A stretch of DNA of 64,000 nt from an uncultured bacterium (GCA_963827235.1 CAWHAE010000019.1:64001-128000), one strand, 5' to 3'. Positions 41,949 through 51,936 are shown, numbered from the stretch's first letter. Numbers and translations: made by a program. The notes: generated by a model not told the origin, from the sequence alone.

Positions 41949-43601
41949 ATGATGGCTCGCCACGCCACGCTCGTTCCGTTCATTTCCATCGCGCTCTCGG
42001 CGGGCGACGTGCGACCGCTCTACCGGCAGCTCTACGATGTCCTGCGAGCTGCGATTCTCGACCAGCGCCTACCGGTAGGAGGCCGGCTGCCCTCGACGCG
42101 CGTCCTGGCAGAACAGCTCCACGTCTCGCGATTCACCGTGGCGGCGGCGTTTGAGCAGCTTCTGGCAGAGGGATTCATTCGTGGCGAACTGGGCTCGGGT
42201 ACCTATGTGAGCGGCGGCCCGATCACGGCGCTCGGGTCACGGCTGCCCGTGCTGCGGCGTACCGGGCCGCCGCCCCGGCTGTCGCAGCGTGGCGAGCTCA
42301 TGGCCTCGACTCGTATATCTACCGGGGAAAGCGCCGCCGGCCCACGGGCGTTCAGTCCCGGCCAGCCGGCGCTCGACTACTTCCCAGCCACGGAGTGGGC
42401 GCGTATCGCCGGCAGGGTGTTGCGCCATCCGCCGCCCGAGCTCCTGGCGTACGGCGACGCGCGCGGCTACCGGCCGCTGCGCGAGGCTATCGCGTCCTAC
42501 CTGCGCGTCGCGCGCGGTGTCGACTGCGATCCCGACCAGGTGTTTGTCGTCTCCGGATCGCAGCAGGCGCTCGACCTGGCGGCGCGACTGCTGCTAGACC
42601 CCGGCGACGCGGCATGGATCGAAGATCCCGGTTACCTGGGCGCCCGCGCCGCCCTGCAGGGAGCCGGGGCGGTGCTCGTGCCCGTGCCGGTCGACGAGGA
42701 GGGCTTCGACGTCGCTCGGGCGGTACAGCGCCTGCCCGAAGCCCGCTTGGCCTACGTCACGCCTTCTTATCAATATCCGTTGGGTGTGACCATGAGTCTT
42801 TCCCGCAGGCTGGCACTGCTGGACTGGGCGCGTGGCACAGGCGGCTGGGTGTTGGAGGACGACTACGACAGCGAGTTCCGCTACAGCGGCCACCCGCTCG
42901 CCGCGCTCGCCGGCCTCGACAGTGCCGGCCACGTGATCTACATGGGTACCTTCTCCAAGGTGTTGTTTCCCTCGTTGCGCCTCGGATACCTGGTGGTGCC
43001 CGAGTGGGCCGTGGACGCGTTCGCGCATGCGCGCGCCTCGACCGGTAGGCACGCGCCGACGTTGGACCAGGCCGTGCTGGCCGAGTTCATTGCCGAGGGC
43101 CACTTCGCGCGCCACATTCGGAACATGCGCGTTCTCTACCACGAGAGGCAACATGCGTTCCTGGCCAGCGCTTCGTCCATCCTGGACGGGCTGCTGGATG
43201 TCAGGCCGAGCTGCGCGGGCATGCACCTGGTCGGCTGGCTGGCGCCGTTTCTGGACGACCGGCAGGTCTCCACGCGCGCCGCCGAGGCCGGCATCGACGT
43301 GCGGCCGATCCGGGCACACGCCCTGGATCGCGACCTGCCACCGGGTCTGTTGCTGGGCTACACGGCGCTTGGAGCACAGGAAGCGCACGACGGGCTGGAG
43401 GCGCTGGCGCGCGTGCTCGAGCTGCCCCAGTTCCTGCCGGAACGGGAAGGCACGGGGCGGGGCCCTGAACAGGCCCGGGGCGAGCGCGCGGCGGTTGACG
43501 GCGCCGGCGAATGTGATTATCGTGGGGTTGGCCGGCCCGGGCGGCCGACCGAGGTGAGCCTTCGAGGGATCGTGGGCGATAGGGACGGGGCGGCGACATG
43601 A
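41949..43601 (+). CDS. pdxR: MocR/GabR-family PLP-dependent regulator, likely PdxR
   Basis: GntR wHTH (RLPSTRVLA), EDDYDSEF, GTFSKVLFPSLRLGY; divergent from pdxST. Confidence 0.88.
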   Translation: MMARHATLVPFISIALSAGDVRPLYRQLYDVLRAAILDQRLPVGGRLPSTRVLAEQLHVSRFTVAAAFEQLLAEGFIRGELGSGTYVSGGPITALGSRLPVLRRTGPPPRLSQRGELMASTRISTGESAAGPRAFSPGQPALDYFPATEWARIAGRVLRHPPPELLAYGDARGYRPLREAIASYLRVARGVDCDPDQVFVVSGSQQALDLAARLLLDPGDAAWIEDPGYLGARAALQGAGAVLVPVPVDEEGFDVARAVQRLPEARLAYVTPSYQYPLGVTMSLSRRLALLDWARGTGGWVLEDDYDSEFRYSGHPLAALAGLDSAGHVIYMGTFSKVLFPSLRLGYLVVPEWAVDAFAHARASTGRHAPTLDQAVLAEFIAEGHFARHIRNMRVLYHERQHAFLASASSILDGLLDVRPSCAGMHLVGWLAPFLDDRQVSTRAAEAGIDVRPIRAHALDRDLPPGLLLGYTALGAQEAHDGLEALARVLELPQFLPEREGTGRGPEQARGERAAVDGAGECDYRGVGRPGRPTEVSLRGIVGDRDGAAT

Positions 43602-44635
43602 ATGCGGTAGAACGCGTCGGTGCGGCTATTGCCTTGCGAGACCCCGACCGCGTGCCGGTGGACCTGCACAATTTCCAGCCAGCTGCCTATGCCTCCGGCT
43701 TGCCGATGTCAGAGGTCTTCCGCGACGGCGAGCTACTCGCCGGCGCCATGCTGCAGGCATGGCGAGAATATCATCACGACATGATTCTGCTGGAGAACGG
43801 CACGGCGTGCAGTGCGCAGGCTTGCGGCATGGAAGTGCACTACCGCGACGACACGGCGCCCGTGGCCGGCGAGCCCTTGCTGCGCTCGCTGGAAGACGTC
43901 GCCGGGCTGGAGGTGCCGGATCCCTACACGGCCTTCCCCATGTGCGAGATACTCAAGGCGACTCGCATTCTCTCTCGAGAGCTCGGCGATCGGGCGTGGA
44001 TCTGCGCGCGGGCCGACCAGGGTCCGATGGACCTTTCGGCAGAGCTGCGCGGGATGAGCGAGTTCATGGTGGACATCGCTACCGGGGAGAGCGAAGATCT
44101 CATCCATGCCCTGCTCGACTACGCCCGCCGCGTGGCTACGCGATACGCCTGCGCGCTGGTCGAGTGCGGCGGTCACTCGACCTCGATCGGCGAGCCCCTG
44201 GCGGGCCCATCCATGCTATCGCCGCGCCACTACCGCCGGTATCCCTGGCTCCACGAGCGGCGAATGGTCGACGAGCTCAAGCAGCTTGGCATCGTCCTCC
44301 ATCTGCACATCTGCGGCGACACCACGAAGATCACCAGCGACTTCATCGAGACCGGGGCGCAGGTACTGGAGATCGACCACAAGACGGACGCGCAGCACAT
44401 CAAGCAGGCGGCGCTGGGCAAGACCTGCCTGCTGGGCAACGTGGACACGAATTTGCTGGCGCGAGGTACGCCCGGCGAGGTGGAGGATGCCTGCCGCTCG
44501 CTGATAGAGATCTGCATGCCTGGCAGCGGCTTTATTCTGGGTCCCGGCTGCGCCCTGCCGCCCAACACGCCGGCTGCTAACATTCACGCGCTGGTCGAAG
44601 CGGCAGAGAAGTACGGATCGTACCGGCGGCAGTGA
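43598..44635 (+). CDS. URO-D family / MtaA-CmuA-like corrinoid methyltransferase
   Basis: PDRVPV, LHICG Zn motif, GNVD, GFILGPGC. Confidence 0.85.
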   Translation: MNAVERVGAAIALRDPDRVPVDLHNFQPAAYASGLPMSEVFRDGELLAGAMLQAWREYHHDMILLENGTACSAQACGMEVHYRDDTAPVAGEPLLRSLEDVAGLEVPDPYTAFPMCEILKATRILSRELGDRAWICARADQGPMDLSAELRGMSEFMVDIATGESEDLIHALLDYARRVATRYACALVECGGHSTSIGEPLAGPSMLSPRHYRRYPWLHERRMVDELKQLGIVLHLHICGDTTKITSDFIETGAQVLEIDHKTDAQHIKQAALGKTCLLGNVDTNLLARGTPGEVEDACRSLIEICMPGSGFILGPGCALPPNTPAANIHALVEAAEKYGSYRRQ

Positions 44636-44864
44636 TCGCTCCGCCGGTCAGGTCGAAGACGGGCACCACCGCATTTCTGCAGTGACCCTGACCCTCCGAG
44701 CCGAGGAAGCGATTCCGTCGCCGGCCCGATGGGCGTCGCACCGTCTGCACCGGCGTGGCGCGACGGGGAAGCCGAGGAACCTGCACGCACCGCCGGCTCG
44801 CCGCTGGTCGGCCACGGCTGGCGCGGCCTCCTGGGGACCGGGAATCGACAGGGTTTTCCGGCCC

Positions 44865-44893
44865 TTGACACCGCACAGACGCTGACCTATGCT
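44865..44893 (+). promoter_or_regulatory. Sigma70 promoter
   Basis: TTGACA-17 nt-TATGCT, about 195 nt upstream of ATG 45089. Confidence 0.75.
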
Positions 44894-45088
44894 CACCATG
44901 GCTCTGGTCCGGAGGTGATCGGATCTCCGGTCGCCCGGCGTGCGACGTTCTCCGGCGCTCTCCGTCTGCTCGTCCACGGCGCCACGCCGTGCGACGCGGC
45001 TGCGCTGCTGCCAGAACGGACGGCTGTGCGGACGCCGGATGGGGATCGAGAGTCGATTGGCGGCAGCGAGCCGAAGGAGGACCTTACC

Positions 45089-46360
45089 ATGGTGGCGTCC
45101 CGCGCGCGTGTAGAGCATGCCTTGCAGCACAAGGCGCCGGACATGGTGCCGCTCGACCTGGGCGGCAGCGCAGTGACCGGCATGCACGTGGACTCAGTGT
45201 ACAAGTTGCGCCAGGCCCTGCGTCTGGATCCAGCCGGCACGCCGGTCAAGGTGGTCGAGCCTTTCCAGTTGCTGGGCGAGATCGCGCCGGACCTCCTGGA
45301 CGCCCTTGGGGTCGACGTGGTGGGTCTGGGCCTTCCGGCCACGATGCTCGGTTTCCGCAACGAGGGCTGGAAGCCGTGGACGACTTTCGGAGGCACGCCG
45401 GTACTGGTGCCGGAGGGCTTCAACACGGTGCCCGAGGCAAACGGCGACCTGTTCGCCTATCCGGCGGGCGATACGTCGGTACCGCCCTGCGCCCGTATGC
45501 CGAAGGGCGGCTTCTACTTCGACGCCCTGACCCGCCAGGATCCGATCGACGACGATCGGCTGAACGTCGAGGACAACCTCGAGGAGTTCACTCCCATCTC
45601 CGACGCGGACCTGGCGCACCTCGGCCACGAGCTGGATCGCCTCTGGCCAACCGGGAGAGCGATTCTGGGCAACTTCGGCGGTACCGCGTTCGGCGACATC
45701 GCGCTGGTTCCGGGCATGAATCTGAAGCACCCCAAGGGTATTCGGGCCGTCGACGAGTGGTACATGAGCACCGCTCAGCGACAGGACTACGTGCGCGAGA
45801 TCTTCGACCGGCAGTGCGACATCGGGCTGCGTAATCTCGAGAAGATCCATCAAGTCGTGGGCGACCGGGTCACGGCAGTCTTCGTGACGGGCACCGACTT
45901 TGGCGCGCAGAACGGCCCCTTTATCTCGCCCAAGGCCTATCGGAGCCTCTTCAAGCCATTTCACGTCAAGGTGAACGAGTGGATTCACATGCACACCAGC
46001 TGGGGGAGCTTCATCCATTCCTGCGGCTCCATCTGGCGCCTGATGGACGATCTCGTGGATGCCGGCTTCGATTGCTTCAATCCCGTGCAAACCTCCGCGA
46101 CCGACATGGATCCGGTCGCCCTGAAGGCCAGATACGGGGATCGGATTACGTTCTGGGGCGGCGGCATCGACACCCAGCGCGTGCTCCCCTTCGGCACGCC
46201 GGACGACGTACGGGCAATGGTCAAGGATCGGATGCGGGTGCTGGGGGCCGGCGGCGGCTTTGTCTTCACCCCGATTCACAATGTGCAGGCCGGCATCCCG
46301 GTCGAGAATCTGCTGGCACTTTACGATTCGGTCAAAGAATATCGCGCGTATCCCGAGTGA
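45089..46360 (+). CDS. URO-D family methyltransferase-like protein
   Basis: AAGGAGG RBS; PDMVPLDLG, TDFGAQ, HSCG, NPVQ, FWGGGIDTQ, HNVQ. Confidence 0.88.
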   Translation: MVASRARVEHALQHKAPDMVPLDLGGSAVTGMHVDSVYKLRQALRLDPAGTPVKVVEPFQLLGEIAPDLLDALGVDVVGLGLPATMLGFRNEGWKPWTTFGGTPVLVPEGFNTVPEANGDLFAYPAGDTSVPPCARMPKGGFYFDALTRQDPIDDDRLNVEDNLEEFTPISDADLAHLGHELDRLWPTGRAILGNFGGTAFGDIALVPGMNLKHPKGIRAVDEWYMSTAQRQDYVREIFDRQCDIGLRNLEKIHQVVGDRVTAVFVTGTDFGAQNGPFISPKAYRSLFKPFHVKVNEWIHMHTSWGSFIHSCGSIWRLMDDLVDAGFDCFNPVQTSATDMDPVALKARYGDRITFWGGGIDTQRVLPFGTPDDVRAMVKDRMRVLGAGGGFVFTPIHNVQAGIPVENLLALYDSVKEYRAYPE

Positions 46361-46397
46361 TTGAGTCAGACGGCATAGAGGCGAGGAGGAAGGTGTC

Positions 46398-47030
46398 GTG
46401 GGAGTGATCGAGGAGCTGCGCGAGGCCGTGGCGGAGGGACAGGCGAAGACGGCCGTGGCGCGGGTGACGGCCGGCCTGGCGGACGGCGTGCCGGCGGGCA
46501 CCTTGCTGCAGGACGGCCTGATCGCAGCCATGAAGCACGTGGGGCAGCTCTACGAAGAGGGCGAGATCTTCGTGCCGGAGATGCTGGTGGCGGCGCGGGC
46601 GATGGGCGCGGCGCTGGCCGTGCTCAAGCCGCAGCTGGTGAGCCAGGGCGTGCAGTCGGTCGGCAAGGTGGCGATAGGCACGGTGCAGGGCGACTTGCAC
46701 GATATCGGCAAGAACCTGGTCGCCATGATGCTGGAAGGCTCGGGCTACGAGATCGTGGACCTCGGCGTCGACGTGCCGGCGGAGAAATTCGTGCAGGCTA
46801 TCCGCGATGGAGCGAACGTGGTGGCGATGTCGGCTCTGCTGACCACGACCATGACGAACATGAAGACGATCATCGGAGCCATCGAGGCAGCTGGTCTGCG
46901 AAAGCAGGCGCGGATCATCGTGGGCGGGGCACCGATCACACAGGCATATGCGGAAGAGATCGGGGCGGACGGCTATGCTACCGACGCTTCGAGCGCCGTA
47001 CGCATGCTGACTGCCGTGCTCGCTGCCTGA
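46398..47030 (+). CDS. Corrinoid (B12-binding) protein, methyltransferase cognate
   Basis: Cap helices, FVPEML, GTVQGDLHDIGKN (DxHxxG), SALLTTT, VGGAP. Confidence 0.95.
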   Translation: MGVIEELREAVAEGQAKTAVARVTAGLADGVPAGTLLQDGLIAAMKHVGQLYEEGEIFVPEMLVAARAMGAALAVLKPQLVSQGVQSVGKVAIGTVQGDLHDIGKNLVAMMLEGSGYEIVDLGVDVPAEKFVQAIRDGANVVAMSALLTTTMTNMKTIIGAIEAAGLRKQARIIVGGAPITQAYAEEIGADGYATDASSAVRMLTAVLAA

Positions 47031-47046
47031 GCACGATCCCGACCGG

Positions 47047-48264
47047 CTAGCCTGCCGGGCAATCTTCGGCGAGCACAAGGGCCGAGGTTAAGGCTGCTCG
47101 GCGGGCTATCCGGCTCGTCGCGGCTGCCAGGATGACGAGGACGCCGATCACGGCAAAGGCAGAGTCGATGCCTACGCGATCGGCCAGACCGCCCAGCAGC
47201 AGCGGGGCAATACCGATTGCCGTCGCCGAGGCCAGTGTCGCCCTGGCACTTGCCTCGGCGCTTCTGCCCGGCGTCGTGCTCAGTGCCTGGGCGAGAGTCA
47301 GGGGATAGAGCGTGGCAATGCCGATACCCGTCACGAACAGCCCGACGAGGCGCACCGGTGTGATACCGATCAACCAGTACGCCGGGAAGCCGATGGCGGT
47401 CACCGCCAGGGCGGGAAGTATGAGCGCATCCGCCTTGAAAACGCGCGCAAGCCGGCTGCCTGCCATGCGCCCGAACACCATGGCGACCAGGAAGACGCTG
47501 ACTAGGGCCGCCGCCGTGTCCTTCTGCACACGAGCGACCGTGTGCAAGAAGTCCGCGGTCCAGAAGATGGTGGAGAACTCCAGCGAGATGCTGCAGACGA
47601 GCAGGAGCCAATAGGCCCAATAGGCCGGAGGGAGGGGAGCGCGCGCCAACGGCTTGACGGCGGCGACGGTAGCTTCGACAGGCGCCGCGAGTCCGTTGAA
47701 TTGCCGCGCGATGGGCACGAGCAGCAGGCCGCCGATCACGAAGGCCGTACGCCAACCTAGCTCGGTGTGTGCCAGGCCGCCGATCACCAGGGGAGCAAGC
47801 ACGGCGCAGGTACTCGACACCACATTTGCCTCGTTGAGAGCCACGGCGCTGAACGCGCCCTGCTCGTCGGCAAGGATCGCCGGCACGAGGACCAGTACGA
47901 GCGTGCCCAGGCTGCCCATCAGGAACGCTCCGCACAGCGTAAGGGCCACTGCTCGCCCTGCAACCAGCAGCACGCTGCCGGCTGCGAGGCCGCACAGACC
48001 GTATACCATCGCCTGGCGGCGGCCGCGGCGTCGAGTCAATGTGTCGCCGAACACGCCGGCGAAGAGCATGCCGAGCGCAAAGGCACTTGAATGCAGGCTA
48101 CCCTGCGCGTAGCTGAGGTGAAGGTCCGAGCGCAGGAACGGCATCACGGGACCGAGCCCGTTGAGGACGTAGCCGTAGTAGCCGAGGGCCAGATAGGCCA
48201 GCCATGTGCGTTGCGTGCGGATGAACGGCCGTCGTATGCCGGGCTCTCGTTCAGTGAAGCTCAC
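47047..48264 (-). CDS. MFS transporter
   Basis: About 12 TM helices, GxxxDxxxRRxGRR and GGLADRVG motifs; GTG start assumed. Confidence 0.88.
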   Translation of the reverse strand: MSFTEREPGIRRPFIRTQRTWLAYLALGYYGYVLNGLGPVMPFLRSDLHLSYAQGSLHSSAFALGMLFAGVFGDTLTRRRGRRQAMVYGLCGLAAGSVLLVAGRAVALTLCGAFLMGSLGTLVLVLVPAILADEQGAFSAVALNEANVVSSTCAVLAPLVIGGLAHTELGWRTAFVIGGLLLVPIARQFNGLAAPVEATVAAVKPLARAPLPPAYWAYWLLLVCSISLEFSTIFWTADFLHTVARVQKDTAAALVSVFLVAMVFGRMAGSRLARVFKADALILPALAVTAIGFPAYWLIGITPVRLVGLFVTGIGIATLYPLTLAQALSTTPGRSAEASARATLASATAIGIAPLLLGGLADRVGIDSAFAVIGVLVILAAATSRIARRAALTSALVLAEDCPAG

Positions 48265-48292
48265 CCCGTAAGCATAGCACCGCGCGGCGCCG

Positions 48293-49324
48293 CTACCGTG
48301 CCCAGTCCCGCTCGAATACCGACTCGAGCCGTTTGATGGCACTGTGGTCGGAGAGCAGAACGCCGAGCTCACGGTTGCGGTCCAGCGAGGCGGTGGAGAT
48401 GTTCTCGGAGCCGACGAACGCCATGGTGCCGTCGACGACGATGAGCTTGGCGTGGATATAGGGGCTCTTGAGCAGGTGGACCTGCACGCCGGCGCCGGTC
48501 AGCAGGGCAAGCCCTCTGGTATTGCTCGAATCGCCTTCGTTGCTGATCAGGCGGACCTGCGCGCTGCGCTTCTGGGCCGCGGCGAGCGCGTTCTCCACCG
48601 CGGCATCCTGCACCTCTTCCGCGTAGACGTCGATGCTGCGCTTGGCGCGACCGATCAGGGCGAGCAGATCCGCGCGGCTATTCACCGGGCTCAGCACGAG
48701 GTTCGGGTCGGTCGCCGAATAGGTTCGGTCGTTCCAGTCGGCCTCGAAGATCGCCCCGGCGGCCTGCACGTCGACGGCATCGCGGTCGATCACCCCGAAC
48801 TCGCGGTTTGTGCTGAACGCCGAGGCGGTGAAGTTCAGCGTGAGGATGTAGGCGGTCGTGCCGTCCACGATCATCGTCTTCTCGTGTGTGAGAGCGAAGC
48901 GCGATGGTGCCCAGTGCACCGGGATGTCGGCCGCCGTGAGCTGGTTGTAGGCGCTCTGATTCGCGCTTCTGCTCGACGCTCCCATGCCGTACGGGTTGCG
49001 TTCGAGGATCACTCTCACCTGCGCACCCTTGCCGTGGGCGTACTCCAGGTCATGGATGAGCGTGCGGTCGGTCAGGAGGTACATCGTAAGGTCCACGCTC
49101 TTGGATGCCGACCGAAGGGCTGCGGCAAGCTGCGCGCGCTTGTCGTCCGGCTCCGCGAACACTGCCGCGCTGGTCAGCCCGCCGGCGAGGGTCGAGGTCG
49201 TGGAGACGGTGGCAGTAGGAGACGGCGAGCTCGATTGCCCACCGCCGCAGCCGGCCACGAGAAGCATGGGAAACAGCACGATGGCAGCCGGCACGGGCCA
49301 GGGTCGCAGCCATGAACCTTTCAT
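48293..49324 (-). CDS. Phospholipase D superfamily lipoprotein
   Basis: Lipobox VAGC; two HKD motifs HEKTMIVD and HAKLIVVD, GSEN, NRE. Confidence 0.9.
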   Translation of the reverse strand: MKGSWLRPWPVPAAIVLFPMLLVAGCGGGQSSSPSPTATVSTTSTLAGGLTSAAVFAEPDDKRAQLAAALRSASKSVDLTMYLLTDRTLIHDLEYAHGKGAQVRVILERNPYGMGASSRSANQSAYNQLTAADIPVHWAPSRFALTHEKTMIVDGTTAYILTLNFTASAFSTNREFGVIDRDAVDVQAAGAIFEADWNDRTYSATDPNLVLSPVNSRADLLALIGRAKRSIDVYAEEVQDAAVENALAAAQKRSAQVRLISNEGDSSNTRGLALLTGAGVQVHLLKSPYIHAKLIVVDGTMAFVGSENISTASLDRNRELGVLLSDHSAIKRLESVFERDWAR

Positions 49325-49559
49325 GTCACCTCTCCAATTCTTCGGCACGCCCGCATGCACGTCTTCCTGGCCGGACGAAGCGCCCGTAGAGCTCGCACGC
49401 ACCCGTAGCATAGTGCTCGTTCAGCCCGTCATGCAAGGACCTTGATACCGTACCCGGGTATTGGATATACTTGGGGCATCGCGGCGCGCTGACCGCGCCG
49501 GGTCGCGGTCCGGCAGGGAAATGCAGCCGGTAAGCGCGTGCGCAAGGAGGATGCTACGC

Positions 49560-50027
49560 ATGGGTGAGGTGGCGGTCACATGGGTTCAGGGATTGCAGTT
49601 CGTCGGTAGCGGCACGGGCGGCCATAGCATCGTGCTTGACGTGCCGGCCGGTCGATCGTCGTGGGACGGCTTCAAGCCGGGCGAGCTGTTGTTGGTGGCC
49701 GTGGGCGGCTGCACCGGCGTCGACGTGGTGGACATCCTGCGGAAGAAGCGGCAGCAGGTCACCAGCCTGAGAATCACCGTGACCGGCAGGCAACAAGAAG
49801 ACTTTCCGCATGCTTTCACGGAGATCGACATTCACTTTGCCGTGCGCGGCCGCGGCGTGAGCGTGGACGCCGTCCAGCGGGCGATCGAGCTGTCGCAGGA
49901 GAAGTATTGTTCGGTAGCCGCGACCGTGCGTGGGGTCGCCACTATTCATACCTCTTGCACGGTGGTGGACGAGGATCAGCCGCCGGAGCGCGAAGTCGGC
50001 GTACCGATCGACGTGGCGACGGTATGA
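49560..50027 (+). CDS. OsmC family protein
   Basis: PGELLL..GGCT..DV..IL.KKR, ELSQEKYCSV. Confidence 0.92.
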   Translation: MGEVAVTWVQGLQFVGSGTGGHSIVLDVPAGRSSWDGFKPGELLLVAVGGCTGVDVVDILRKKRQQVTSLRITVTGRQQEDFPHAFTEIDIHFAVRGRGVSVDAVQRAIELSQEKYCSVAATVRGVATIHTSCTVVDEDQPPEREVGVPIDVATV

Positions 50028-50140
50028 CGGACTCGTCGAGAGCGCTCGACCCTCGGCGTGCACAGACAGGGCACTGCCCTGGAGATGCCTGATGCGGTCA
50101 GGCCGCCTTCGCAGGGTGCGGCACCTGCTGTCATGGGAGA

Positions 50141-50413
50141 ATGGGTATGCAGACTGAGATAGAAGGTGACGCGGCGCGCGACCTGCACGATCGCCTGGCA
50201 CGCATCGAGGGGCAGGTGCGCGGCCTGAGCAAGATGATCGACGATCACCGGCCCTGCGACGAGGTGCTCACGCAGGTGATGGCCGTACGGGCGGCGCTCG
50301 AGAAGATCGCCGCGGCCATTGTGTCCAGCAGCCTGGATAGCTGCCTGGCCTTGCCGCCCGACAAGGCACGCGAGGTGATCGGGCGAAGCATCAACATGCT
50401 GACGAGGGTCTAG
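50141..50413 (+). CDS. CsoR/RcnR/CstR family regulator
   Basis: RLARIEGQVRGL..MI....C..VL.Q..AV..AL...C. Confidence 0.9.
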   Translation: MGMQTEIEGDAARDLHDRLARIEGQVRGLSKMIDDHRPCDEVLTQVMAVRAALEKIAAAIVSSSLDSCLALPPDKAREVIGRSINMLTRV

Positions 50414-50450
50414 TCGGACGCCGCCGCGCTTCCGGCAGCCGGCATCAGGG

Positions 50451-50857
50451 TTACCTGAAAGAGCGGTGCCGGGACTCTTCTCGCTCCCATCGGGCGGCTC
50501 TGTGGCGGGCTCGAGCTTGGAGGCCTATTCGCGCATGAAGCATGGCGGCAAGAGTGATCAACGGCGCGTTGATCGCTACGATGTGCGCAGCCAGCCGGCC
50601 TGGCAGATAGAGGTCTGTGGCCGATCCCTTGTCGGCACCCAGCTGCTCCGCCCAGGTCGTCAGTGGGCATCGGCAGCCATGCGCGAGGAAGATCAAGCTC
50701 TCCGCGTCACGATGGTGGCTGCGACGCCGCTGCCGCGGTCCGAGCGTCCCCTGAGCCCTGCCCAAATGAGCGCACCGATGCTGGATTGGACGGCGAAGAA
50801 TATCGCCGAGTGTACGGCCTTGATTCCCGCCAATGCCGAGCGCCGGCAGACTGCCAT
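50451..50857 (-). pseudogene. Frameshifted small membrane protein gene
   Basis: Frame A GIKAVHSAIFF...GVAATIVT joins frame B AESLIFLAHGCRCPLTTWAEQLGADKGSATDLYLP if one G is restored near 50706. Confidence 0.65.
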
Positions 50858-51077
50858 GGCCTGCTCACTTCGCGCGCAGAGCAAGATTCGACTCCTTCGT
50901 CCATCCCAGACGTAGCGTACTCCATCGCGCCGCCCGGCTGCGCGGCGATGCATCGCCGTTACCACCACAGATCGGGCCCGTAATCCGGCGCGCGTGCCGT
51001 GGAGCGGCAGCTGCTGGCGGTGCTCGGCCCATGGCGCGGGCGCCCGGCGGCGGAACAGGGCTATCGCCGGCCCACGC

Positions 51078-51872
51078 TTACGTGCCCGTCTGGCCGGCGT
51101 ACAGCAACAGGATGATGCCGTTGTTGCAGGCGTGCAGCAGAATCGTGGGCACCAGCGAGCCACTCCACTCGAAGACCAGCGCGAGCACGATGCCCATGAG
51201 CACGAATGGAATGAACATCACCACGCTCAGGTGCATGACCGCGAAGATGAGAGCGCTCGTGAGGACGGCAGTGCCGGCCGGCATGCTCTTGCGCAGCGCC
51301 TGATAGAGCACGCCGCGGAACAGGAGCTCCTCGCTGATCGGCGTGAGCAGCACGTTGGAAATGATCACCATCGCTTCGAGCACGGGTACGTGTGTCGCGT
51401 CGATAGTGGGGGTCGTCAGCACGCTCGGCCAATGCACCGTGCGGCCCCACACGGCAACGGCGCCGAGCAGCATGAGCACATAGCACAGGGTGAGGAGTGT
51501 GAATACGAAGGGCACTGCTACCAGCCACTGCCAGGAGACGGAGCGCATGCCAAGATGGCGCCAGCCACAGCGATAGCGGCGCACCACGACCACGTCGATC
51601 ATCCAGAGCAGGAACAGCGCGAATGCGGCCGAAACGAACGTGCCGAGTGCTGCACGGCTCTCCGAATCATCGAAGGCGCTGCCCTGCAGCTCGAAAACAC
51701 CCAGGCTCATGACCAGGGCGGCCAGGAGAAAGGCCATCCCGGCGCCCATGATGAATATGGCGTCGCGCACCTTCCACGTTGCCGGCGGCCGACGTGTGGC
51801 AGCCAGAACCGGCGTGCGCCCGCCCGACGCGAGTGGAACGGCGTGGCGCACACGCGGCCTAGTCACAGCCAT
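51078..51872 (-). CDS. CPBP (Abi/CAAX) intramembrane metalloprotease
   Basis: EELLFRG, FAVMH, LHACNN motifs; multiple TMs. Confidence 0.92.
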   Translation of the reverse strand: MAVTRPRVRHAVPLASGGRTPVLAATRRPPATWKVRDAIFIMGAGMAFLLAALVMSLGVFELQGSAFDDSESRAALGTFVSAAFALFLLWMIDVVVVRRYRCGWRHLGMRSVSWQWLVAVPFVFTLLTLCYVLMLLGAVAVWGRTVHWPSVLTTPTIDATHVPVLEAMVIISNVLLTPISEELLFRGVLYQALRKSMPAGTAVLTSALIFAVMHLSVVMFIPFVLMGIVLALVFEWSGSLVPTILLHACNNGIILLLYAGQTGT

Positions 51873-51936
51873 CGTCTCATCCGACCCTTACCGCGCCGCG
51901 ACCGCTAGGCCACGACGTGTGTGGCGCGGCAGGAAC

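Noticed and set aside
44636-45088. Cobalamin riboswitch upstream of the corrinoid genes
   Set aside because: No B12-box or GCCACTG/GGGAAG core in the proper arrangement; kept only as an unclassified structured leader
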